Source of the DNA: a bacterium
GTDB taxonomy: Bacteria; Patescibacteriota; Minisyncoccia; 2-01-FULL-47-10; JBBIMT01
DNA: 50,873 nucleotides
NCBI GenBank assembly: GCA_037444265.1
Contig: JBBIMT010000001.1
Coordinates: 1 to 50,873 of the forward strand
Direction: 5' to 3'
Below the pieces are notes generated by a model, which saw nothing but the letters and a program-made list of their open reading frames with translations, was not told the origin of the DNA and ran no database searches. Positions 1 to 8,008 of the stretch are shown here, piece by piece; within the stretch, counting starts at the first letter, position 1, and every line of letters begins with the position of its first letter. The position numbers and the translations under genes were made by a program.

Positions 1-2
1 CC

Positions 3-1409
3 AGTTTACCCCCATCAAATCCTCAAGAATTATCAAACTATCCTTCAGAAATAACACTCCCTCCAGCCAAGCAAAATCAATCTTTAGAATATTGGACACA
101 AGAAAAAACAAATGAAGCGCAATTAAAGCCGCTTTTAAAAGAAAATGAAAAAAATTTTAATCCGACTATCAATACCCTGCCTGAAAATTTTGAATTTAAA
201 TTAACTATTGATGTTTATCAAAAAAGCTCTTCTGATAAAAACAATATAGAAAAATTAAAAGCAAAAGTTGATTTCCAATCTAAAATAGATTTGGTATCTT
301 TTTTTGAATCTGGTCAGATTTTATTTTTAAATGACAATTTATATTTTAAAATTGACAAAGGGACTTTGCTTAATTCATTTTTACCAGATATTACTCAAAA
401 ATGGATAAAAGTTGATTATAAAGACTTTTTTGAAAATCAGGCTGCAACTGATTTTAAACAGGTATTTCCAAAACTCTTCCAGGGTAAAGAAGTTTTAGTA
501 AAAAAACTGGCTTCATTTTTTAGTGGCGCTAAAATACAAGATATATTTTTTATTCAGAAATCAAAAGAAGAACGAATTAATAACATTGATACCTATTATT
601 ATAAATTGACCCTCAAAAAAGAATTTATTTTAAAAATGTTAATGGAGGTTGTAAAAATTTTATCTGAAGAAGTAGTTTTACAAAATACTGAATTCGATTC
701 TAGCAAAAATTTAGCAATTTTCATCAATGAATTGAAAAACAATCAAGAAAAAATGGAAAAAACCACTGATAATATTTCTCAAATGCCCTTTGAAGTTTGG
801 TTTGGCAAAAACGATAATTTAATCTATCAATTTAAAGTTGACATTGGAGAGTTCATCTCTAAAATAGAAGAGCCATCTTCGTCAGAGAGGCAATACAATT
901 ATATCCAAAATATAGCTCCAAAACCCCAAATAGAAGGCTACTTGCAAATTCAATACAGCGATTTTGGAAAAGATTTTGCTATAGAAGAACCTACTGAATA
1001 TGAAAATATTGAAGCGATACTATCAAAGATGGGATTAAGCAATCAAGTTGAAGATGAAAGCTTGAAAATAAAAAAAATTCGCAATGATAAACGCCTTGGT
1101 GACATAAGCACAATAAATTTAGCTTTAGAGTTATACCACAATGATTACAAAAAATATCCAGTTGCTTCAAAATGGACTCGCTTGGATAAACCTAATAATC
1201 CTCTCTGGAGTATTTTATCCAGCAAAAAATATTTTCCAGAGATTCCAAAAGATCCCCTATCGCCTGACTTCTATTATGCTTATAAATCTGATGGCAAGAA
1301 ATATGAATTAAGCGCCCGGTTAGAATATTATCCTGAAATTCAAAATATGTGCGACCCAAGTAACAATCAAATCTGTCTTTTTATTGTAAAAGGCGGTTCA
1401 AATAAATAA
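3..1409 (+). CDS. 5'-truncated large hypothetical (probably surface or secreted) protein ending in a GspG/type IV pseudopilin-like globular domain
   Basis: The frame is open with no stop from nt 3 to the track's TTG at 291, so the CDS enters from outside the window. The last ~110 aa (nt 1077-1406) read RNDKRLGDISTINLALELYHNDYKKYP...FPEIPKDPL...YYAYKSDGKKYELSARLE. This is the R-x-D-x-R-x-x-D...AL-x-x-Y...YP and PKDP pattern of GspG/pilin head domains. Confidence 0.55.
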   Translation, partial: SLPPSNPQELSNYPSEITLPPAKQNQSLEYWTQEKTNEAQLKPLLKENEKNFNPTINTLPENFEFKLTIDVYQKSSSDKNNIEKLKAKVDFQSKIDLVSFFESGQILFLNDNLYFKIDKGTLLNSFLPDITQKWIKVDYKDFFENQAATDFKQVFPKLFQGKEVLVKKLASFFSGAKIQDIFFIQKSKEERINNIDTYYYKLTLKKEFILKMLMEVVKILSEEVVLQNTEFDSSKNLAIFINELKNNQEKMEKTTDNISQMPFEVWFGKNDNLIYQFKVDIGEFISKIEEPSSSERQYNYIQNIAPKPQIEGYLQIQYSDFGKDFAIEEPTEYENIEAILSKMGLSNQVEDESLKIKKIRNDKRLGDISTINLALELYHNDYKKYPVASKWTRLDKPNNPLWSILSSKKYFPEIPKDPLSPDFYYAYKSDGKKYELSARLEYYPEIQNMCDPSNNQICLFIVKGGSNK

Positions 1410-1476
1410 AAAATTTCTAAAAATTAGTTTATTTTTTCTTAAGATATTAGCATTTTAGTGCATAAGTAATTGCGAT

Positions 1477-3861
1477 ATGGAGAAAAACTATAATCACCAA
1501 TTAGAATCCCAAATTTATCACAAGTGGGAAATTTCTGGTTTTTTTAATCCGGATTATTTACCAAACGCTAAATCTAAAAAGGGCTTAAAAAAATATTTTT
1601 CAATTATAATGCCTCCCCCAAATGCCAACGGCTCTTTGCATATGGGTCATGCGGTTTTTATTACTTTGCAAGATATTTTAATCCGTTATCATCGAATGCT
1701 AGGTTATATAACCCTATGGCTTCCTGGGGCTGATCATGCTGGGTTTGAAACTCAGGTTGTTTTTGATAAAAAACTTGAAAAAGAAGGTCGTAATCGTTTT
1801 AAAATTCCCAAAGAAAAACTTTATCAAGAAATGCTTAAATTTACCTTAAATAATAAAGAAAAAATGAAAAATCAGCTTAAAATACTTGAAAAAGAAGGTC
1901 GTAATCGTTTTAAAATTCCCAAAGAAAAACTTTATCAAGAAATGCTTAAATTTACCTTAAATAATAAAGAAAAAATGAAAAATCAGCTTAAAATACTTGG
2001 AGCTTCATGCGACTGGTCGCGAGAAAAATTTACTTTAGATAAGGATATTATAGATATTGTTTATCAAACTTTCGAAAAATTAAAAAAAGACGGCTTGATT
2101 TACAAAGGCGAAAGAATAATTAATTGGTGCACCAAACACCAAACTTCTCTTTCAGATTTAGAGATTAAATATGAAGAAAGGACAGATCCTTTGTATTATA
2201 TAAAATATGGTCCCTTGGAAGTAGCCACAGTAAGACCTGAAACAACATTTGGAGATATTGCTCTTGCAGTCCATCCTGATGATAAAAGGTATAAAAATTT
2301 TATTGGTAAAATCATTGATATTGAAACAGTTTTAGGAAAAAAACAAATCAAAGTAATATCTGATAAAGCTGTTAATCAGGAATTTGGCACTGGGATAGTT
2401 AAGGTTACACCGGCACATGATTTAGTTGATTTTGAAATTTGGCAAAGGCATAAAAATGAAATTCCTCCACCTCGTCAAGTTATTGATAATTATGGCAAAA
2501 TGAACGATTTAGCTGGTCCTTATAAGGGATTGAATGTCAAAGAAGCGCGCAAAAAAATTTGTGAAGCAATGATAAAAAAAGGTTTACTTGATCCACAAAA
2601 AACAGATAACCAATACAAACATAATGTCGCTCTTTGTTATAAATGTAAAACAATCATTGAACCATTAATTTTAAAAAATCAATACTTTATTAAAATGACT
2701 CAAAAGCCAAAAAGTGGTAGCCTATCACTTCGCGATATGGCAATACAAGCTGTGCAAAAAGGAGAAATTAAATTTTATCCAAAAAGATTTACGAAAATTT
2801 TTTTAAACTGGATGAAAGATTTGAAAGATTGGAATATATCGCGCCAAATTCCCTGGGGCATTAAAATACCTGAAGCTGACACAGATGATGTTTTTGATAC
2901 CTGGTTTTCTTCAGCCCAATGGCCTTTTGCGACCTTACTTGCAACAAGCCAATCAAAAACGAAAAATTTTTATCCAAAAATAGATCTTTTTAAAAAGAAT
3001 AAGCAGATAAAAATATTAAGTGATTTCGAAAAATTTTACCCAACTTCAGTTATGGAAACAGCTTGGGATATTTTATTTTTTTGGGTAGCCAGAATGATAA
3101 TGTTAGGTTTATATGTTACTAAAAAAGTTCCTTTTAAAGATATAGTTTTACATGGCTTAGTTAGAGATGCTAAAGGGCAAAAAATGTCAAAATCTAAGGG
3201 GAATGTTATTGACCCGATAGAAATGGCAAATAAATATGGTGCTGACGCTATTAGAGTTTCGCTTGTTTTGGGAACGGCTCTTGGCAATGATCAAAGCATA
3301 AGTGAAGAAAAAATAAAAAGTGCACGAAACTTTGTAAATAAAATTTGGAACATTGGAAGATTTTTAAAATATAAGAATTTAACTATTTTCAATGAAAAAG
3401 AAAATTTAATTGATCCTGACAAATTAAGTTTAGCGGATAAATGGATATTAACTTTATTTTATAAAACACTAAAAGATTGCCAAAAATATTTAAAGAATTA
3501 TAAGTTTAATCAAGCTTTGGAAAAAATGAATAATTTTATATGGCACGAATTCGCTGATTGGTATATTGAAATAAGTAAGTCAGAAAAAGCCAATGTCCGA
3601 TCTGAAATTTTAAGGTATGTGTTTACTGAGGTAATAAAAATTCTTCATCCTTTTTTACCGTTTGTAACTGAAAAATTATGGGAAGACCTTAACGGTCAAG
3701 GATTACTTATAATCGCTCAAATAAGAAAACTCGATAAAAAATTATACTTTAAAAGAGAAACGGCGCAATTTGAAAAAATAAAACAAAAAATTATTGATAT
3801 TAGAAAAAAAGAGCCAACAAAAAGTATTAAAGTAATTTTTGAAGAATTAAATAAATTGTAA
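1477..3861 (+). CDS. valS: valine--tRNA ligase (class I aaRS with CP1 editing domain), carrying an internal 37-aa tandem duplication
   Basis: HIGH-type motif GSLHMGHA, KMSKS motif (GQKMSKSKGN), editing-domain motifs TVRPETTFGD and GTGIVKVTPAHD, and LGASCDWSREKFTLD. Confidence 0.95.
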   Translation: MEKNYNHQLESQIYHKWEISGFFNPDYLPNAKSKKGLKKYFSIIMPPPNANGSLHMGHAVFITLQDILIRYHRMLGYITLWLPGADHAGFETQVVFDKKLEKEGRNRFKIPKEKLYQEMLKFTLNNKEKMKNQLKILEKEGRNRFKIPKEKLYQEMLKFTLNNKEKMKNQLKILGASCDWSREKFTLDKDIIDIVYQTFEKLKKDGLIYKGERIINWCTKHQTSLSDLEIKYEERTDPLYYIKYGPLEVATVRPETTFGDIALAVHPDDKRYKNFIGKIIDIETVLGKKQIKVISDKAVNQEFGTGIVKVTPAHDLVDFEIWQRHKNEIPPPRQVIDNYGKMNDLAGPYKGLNVKEARKKICEAMIKKGLLDPQKTDNQYKHNVALCYKCKTIIEPLILKNQYFIKMTQKPKSGSLSLRDMAIQAVQKGEIKFYPKRFTKIFLNWMKDLKDWNISRQIPWGIKIPEADTDDVFDTWFSSAQWPFATLLATSQSKTKNFYPKIDLFKKNKQIKILSDFEKFYPTSVMETAWDILFFWVARMIMLGLYVTKKVPFKDIVLHGLVRDAKGQKMSKSKGNVIDPIEMANKYGADAIRVSLVLGTALGNDQSISEEKIKSARNFVNKIWNIGRFLKYKNLTIFNEKENLIDPDKLSLADKWILTLFYKTLKDCQKYLKNYKFNQALEKMNNFIWHEFADWYIEISKSEKANVRSEILRYVFTEVIKILHPFLPFVTEKLWEDLNGQGLLIIAQIRKLDKKLYFKRETAQFEKIKQKIIDIRKKEPTKSIKVIFEELNKL
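1773..1994. repeat. Perfect 2 x 111-bp tandem direct repeat inside valS (in frame, 37 aa per copy), followed by a 5-bp partial third copy ACTTG (1995-1999)
   Basis: Base-by-base comparison shows 1773-1883 is identical to 1884-1994. The protein shows LEKEGRNRFKIPKEKLYQEMLKFTLNNKEKMKNQLKI twice. Confidence 0.95.
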
Positions 3862-3888
3862 AAAACAACTTACTTTTCAGTATTTTTA

Positions 3889-4728
3889 ATGAAATTAGAA
3901 GATATGGTATATCTTAAAATAATTGAAATTGTAATTTTAACCTTGCTACCTACTTTTTTATGGCTGCAATTTTTCAAAAGCAAAGATTATAATCAAGAAC
4001 CCAATTATATATTGCGTCGTATATTTATTTTAAGTTTTTTGTTTACCCCTTTAGTTGGTTTATTTCAATTTTGTACTAACGAAAATCTAAAGACAGCCTT
4101 AGGCTATTTCTCTTTTTTAAATTTCAATTGCTCTTTTATAAACAAATCTTTTTTTTCTTTAGATATGCCCTTTGTAATCATAGTAATGTTTTTTATAGCG
4201 GCGGCAATAGAAGAATCTTATAAATTTTTCACTATGAGACTTTCGCTTTGGGGAAAAGCTAAAGAAGAATTTGACGAACCAGTAGACGCGATGGTATATT
4301 TAATAACAGCTGCTTTAGGATTTTCGGCAGCTGAAAATTTATTGTATGCATTGGATATTGCTTTTAAAAACGATTTTTTAGTTGAGGACTCTTTTTTAAA
4401 TTATCAATTTGAAATCATCGGTTTTATTTTTATGCGGTCATTATTTAGCACATTTTTACATATTTTAGCTTCGGGAATTTTTGGTTATTTTTTTGCAAAA
4501 GCTTACTTTCACTTTAAAAATACCCGATTTTATTATGCAAAATCTATTTTGGTGGGTCTTATGTTTTCAACCCTAATCCATACAAATTTTAATTTAAACA
4601 CACAACTGACCTTCTCGCAAGATGAGATTACAAATTACAGCATTAAAATCTTTCTCCTTTTGCTTTTATTATTTTTTTCGTATATAATAGTTGATAAAGA
4701 ATTTAAAAAACTGCAAAAAAATAATTAG
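3889..4728 (+). CDS. PrsW-family intramembrane protease-like membrane protein
   Basis: Polytopic membrane protein with AAIEESYKF (E-E-x-x-K), AAENLLY and FLHILASGIFGYFF motifs as in PrsW-type proteases. Confidence 0.55.
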   Translation: MKLEDMVYLKIIEIVILTLLPTFLWLQFFKSKDYNQEPNYILRRIFILSFLFTPLVGLFQFCTNENLKTALGYFSFLNFNCSFINKSFFSLDMPFVIIVMFFIAAAIEESYKFFTMRLSLWGKAKEEFDEPVDAMVYLITAALGFSAAENLLYALDIAFKNDFLVEDSFLNYQFEIIGFIFMRSLFSTFLHILASGIFGYFFAKAYFHFKNTRFYYAKSILVGLMFSTLIHTNFNLNTQLTFSQDEITNYSIKIFLLLLLLFFSYIIVDKEFKKLQKNN

Positions 4729-4842
4729 TAAATAAACTTGTTGATTTTAATACGATGTCCTTAAAAAATTTGCCAAAAATTTAAATAAATTCCGCAAAGT
4801 AGTATCCTTATTTTATTGGATCACTGCGCGGAGTAAAAAAAT

Positions 4843-5349
4843 ATGAACAATAAGAAAAAGCCAACATTTTTTGAATTATTAACCGGGTCTTTCACTTCAG
4901 ACGCCAAAAAAGAACACACTATAGAAACAAAAAGCGATACCCAAGAAGTCCAAACCAAACAAATTACACAACAAAACCAACAAGAATCTAAATCAAACGA
5001 ACAAAACATACCGGAAGAAGAAGGACAGCTCACCATAGATGTTTACCAAACTGCTTCAGAAATTGTCATTAAATCTCCGGTAGCTGGCGTAAGACCAGAA
5101 GATTTAGATGTTTCCATTTCTAACGATATGATCACAATCAAAGGTCGTCGTTCAAACGATGAGCCGGTCGCTCAAGAAGATTATTATTTCCAAGAGCTTT
5201 ACTGGGGCCCCTTTTCTCGATCAATTATTTTACCTCAAGAAGTAGAAATTAATAAAATTAGAGCTTCCCTTAAAAACGGAATTTTAACTATTCGTTTGCC
5301 TAAAATTAAAAAGGAAACAACCAGAAAAATTGCTATTGAAATTGAGTGA
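4843..5349 (+). CDS. Hsp20/alpha-crystallin family small heat-shock protein with a Q/E-rich N-terminal arm
   Basis: The alpha-crystallin domain runs LTIDVYQTASEIVIKSPVAGVRPEDLDVSI...ITIKGRR...GPFSRSIILPQEV...ASLKNGILTIRLPK. GGAG lies 10 nt upstream of the ATG. Confidence 0.9.
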   Translation: MNNKKKPTFFELLTGSFTSDAKKEHTIETKSDTQEVQTKQITQQNQQESKSNEQNIPEEEGQLTIDVYQTASEIVIKSPVAGVRPEDLDVSISNDMITIKGRRSNDEPVAQEDYYFQELYWGPFSRSIILPQEVEINKIRASLKNGILTIRLPKIKKETTRKIAIEIE

Positions 5350-5430
5350 TTTAAGAGCTTTTTTAAATTAAAAATCCTCAATATAATAATAAGACCTTAA
5401 AAAAAGTCGCGGTTTTTTGAATTTAACGAA

Positions 5431-7119
5431 ATGATGAAAAAGCCAAAGGGTAATCTTATTTTTTTCAACAAAATCAACATTTCACTGATAATCTTTTTTA
5501 TTTTTTTCATTAGCATTTTTATTTTATTTGAAATTTGGGCAAACAGCCATTTTATTAATGTTTTTTTAGCCGGTGAAAATATTAATTTTTTTAATTTCGC
5601 AAAAGCAAAAAAATTATTTTCAAACAAAGTCGATGTTTATTTATCTCAAGATTTCCGTTTTAAAATAAAAGATCAAGAAATTTTATCTAAATTAAAAGAT
5701 ATAGGACTAAATATCAATGTTGAACAAACTTTAGTTAATATTTTAAAAAAACAGAACTTTTCAGAAAAATTTTATCTTAATTTTATAAATCAAATAAAAA
5801 GTTTTTTCGTGCCAAAATATTATGATTTAATAGTTTCTTTAAATTTTAACAAATTCAATAAATTTATTGATGAAAAATTAAATGTTTTTATAGACCAGCC
5901 CCAAAACGCTTTTGTTGAAAAGATCAACGGTGAATTCATATTACACAAATCAAAAGATGGATCAAAGATAGATGCTGAATCCTTGAAAAAAGAAGTTATA
6001 TTTGCTTCAGCTAAATTACAAAATAAAGAATTTGATGTCAAAACTTTAAAAACTAAACCTAACATTGAAGATTTTAAGGCACAAAAGGCAATAGATGAGG
6101 CTTTGGCTTTAGTAAGAAAAAAAAATTTTAAATTAAAATATAAAGATGAAACCTGGCCAGTACCGAAGGAAGTTATCTATGATATCATTTCCTTTAAAGT
6201 CGAAGAATCTTCAATCAATATATCGCCCAGCACAAAAGAAATCGAAAACTTTTTAAATCAAATAGCGCCTCAAATTGCTAAAAAACCAGAAAACGCGATA
6301 CTTTCTTTCAATGATAACAAAAGTGTTGTTATAAAACAAAAAGACAAAAGCGGTAGAGAAATTGAAATTCAGGAAACTTTAAATGAGTTCGTAAAATCTT
6401 TCAATGAACGCAATGAAATAATAGAAATAAAAATCAGAGAAATTCCTGCTGCTTTGCGAGAAGATAATTATTTAGAATTAGGCATAAACTCTCTATTAGC
6501 GCAAGGCAAAACAAATTTTTCAGGTTCAGCCGCTTCAAGAGTGCATAATATAAAAGTTGGTGCTGCAAAATTTAACGGGATATTAATTGCTCCCCAGGAA
6601 GAATTTTCATTCAATAAAAATTTAGGTGAGATAGGTCCAGAGCAAGGATATTTGCCAGGACTTGTCATCAAGGACAACAAAACTATTCCAGAATATGGTG
6701 GGGGTCTATGCCAAGTTTCAACAACTTTATTTCAAGCGGTTGTTAAAGCTGGACTGAAAATCACTGAACGTTCACCCCATGCTTATCCAGTAGCCTTTTA
6801 TGATCCTCCAGGATTTGACGCCACGATTTATTCGCCATATACTGATTTAAAGTTTGTAAACATTACAAATGGCTACATTTATATTCAAAGCGAAGTTAAA
6901 GGGAATGATATAATTTTTAGTGTCTTTGGTTTAAATGAAGGAAGGCAAATCAAATTAAAAGGACCAATCATATACGAAAAAAAGAATGATGGAGCAATGA
7001 AGACTGTTTTAACACAAGAAGTTTATGATAAAGACAATAATCTTTTGTTAAAAAAAAGTTTTTATTCAAATTATAAATCGCCAAGTTTATACCCGATATT
7101 AAGGAATCCTCTGGAATAA
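5431..7119 (+). CDS. VanW family protein, N-terminally membrane-anchored
   Basis: N-terminal TM segment. The C-terminal VanW signature is GGGLCQVSTTLFQAVVKAGLKITERSPHAYPVAFY...GFDATI. Confidence 0.85.
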   Translation: MMKKPKGNLIFFNKINISLIIFFIFFISIFILFEIWANSHFINVFLAGENINFFNFAKAKKLFSNKVDVYLSQDFRFKIKDQEILSKLKDIGLNINVEQTLVNILKKQNFSEKFYLNFINQIKSFFVPKYYDLIVSLNFNKFNKFIDEKLNVFIDQPQNAFVEKINGEFILHKSKDGSKIDAESLKKEVIFASAKLQNKEFDVKTLKTKPNIEDFKAQKAIDEALALVRKKNFKLKYKDETWPVPKEVIYDIISFKVEESSINISPSTKEIENFLNQIAPQIAKKPENAILSFNDNKSVVIKQKDKSGREIEIQETLNEFVKSFNERNEIIEIKIREIPAALREDNYLELGINSLLAQGKTNFSGSAASRVHNIKVGAAKFNGILIAPQEEFSFNKNLGEIGPEQGYLPGLVIKDNKTIPEYGGGLCQVSTTLFQAVVKAGLKITERSPHAYPVAFYDPPGFDATIYSPYTDLKFVNITNGYIYIQSEVKGNDIIFSVFGLNEGRQIKLKGPIIYEKKNDGAMKTVLTQEVYDKDNNLLLKKSFYSNYKSPSLYPILRNPLE

Positions 7120-7274
7120 ATTAAAATAAACGATTTTGCCTCACTTGGCAAGAGCCAAAAACAATAAAAATTTAGGGGGTTTTCATAATTAAAAATTATA
7201 AATCAAGAATGATAAATCAATGAAAATTAAATTTTTAAGTATCGATAGTTGACGCTTGATGGTTCAATTAAAAC

Positions 7275-7360
7275 GCGGATGTGGCGGAATTGGCAGACGC
7301 GCAGGGCTTAGGACCCTGTGAGGGATTACCCTCTTGGAGGTTCGACTCCTCTCATCCGCA
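7275..7360 (+). tRNA. tRNA-Leu (anticodon TAG), long variable arm, no encoded CCA
   Basis: Acceptor GCGGATG/CATCCGC plus A, anticodon arm CAGGG-CTTAGGA-CCCTG, T-loop GGTTCGACTCC. Confidence 0.93.
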
Positions 7361-7377
7361 TTCAATAAAAATTAAAA

Positions 7378-7405
7378 AGGTAGGCAGAACAAACCTACCT
7401 TTTTT
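7378..7405. terminator. Bidirectional intrinsic terminator shared by tRNA-Leu (+) and the pilin-module operon (-)
   Basis: Stem AGGTAGG (7378-7384) pairs with CCTACCT (7394-7400). It is flanked by an A-run upstream and T-run 7400-7405. Confidence 0.75.
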
Positions 7406-7433
7406 GGTTTTATAAATTTTTTATTAATCAATA

Positions 7434-7859
7434 TTAATCCAACAGTTGTTGTCCTTCACATTCTAAACTGAAATCTACGCCGGTTAAACTTCCTAAAACT
7501 CTAACCAAAGCAAAAGCCAAAGCAACAATAATTATTCCAATTGCGGCAAATCCAATGGTTTTGCCTGCCTGCCCCGCTTTTGCAGAATCACCTCCTGCTG
7601 TTAAAAAACTAATCCCACCAAAAATAATCACAACTACTCCAATTAACAAACCGATAATCAAAATCCATTTAATCATATCACTTAAAAATTTCAAAAAAGT
7701 ACACCAATCCTTAAATGGAGCTTCTCCGATATTTGCTTGTTTCCAAGTTCCCCCTTCCTGTGCTAAAACTGAAGGACTAAAAAAATAAAAAAAAGAAATT
7801 AAATAAGTCAAAAAAGTCACGCCCCACAAAATATTGTAAAAAAATTTTTTTTGTCTCAT
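7434..7859 (-). CDS. TrbC/VirB2-type (T4SS-like) pilin, small form ('A')
   Basis: Long signal peptide ending VLA/QEG, then two TM helices joined by a short loop (IIFGGISFLTAGGDSAKAGQAGK...AAIGIIIVALAF). Strong RBS AAGGAGGTG upstream. Confidence 0.7.
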   Translation of the reverse strand: MRQKKFFYNILWGVTFLTYLISFFYFFSPSVLAQEGGTWKQANIGEAPFKDWCTFLKFLSDMIKWILIIGLLIGVVVIIFGGISFLTAGGDSAKAGQAGKTIGFAAIGIIIVALAFALVRVLGSLTGVDFSLECEGQQLLD

Positions 7860-8008
7860 TTATTTCACCTCCTTTACTTTTTGAAATTTGATAATTATTA
7901 AGATTAATTTCCTATAAAGATAAGTTCCTGATAATTAATTATACCTCAAAGGTAATTTTTGCGCAACAATTTATTTTCTGTAAAAAACAGGAAAAACCAA
8001 TCCAAAAA

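Noticed and set aside
4729-4842. Heat-shock (sigma32-type or CIRCE) control element upstream of hsp20
   Set aside because: CTTGTTG-N13-GTCCTTAA is only a weak resemblance to CTTGAAA-N13-14-CCCCAT. No CIRCE inverted repeat is present.
7249-7274. Promoter for tRNA-Leu(TAG) based on TTGACG at 7249-7254
   Set aside because: No acceptable -10 hexamer lies 16-18 nt downstream. The tRNA begins at 7275, which leaves no room for a standard spacing.
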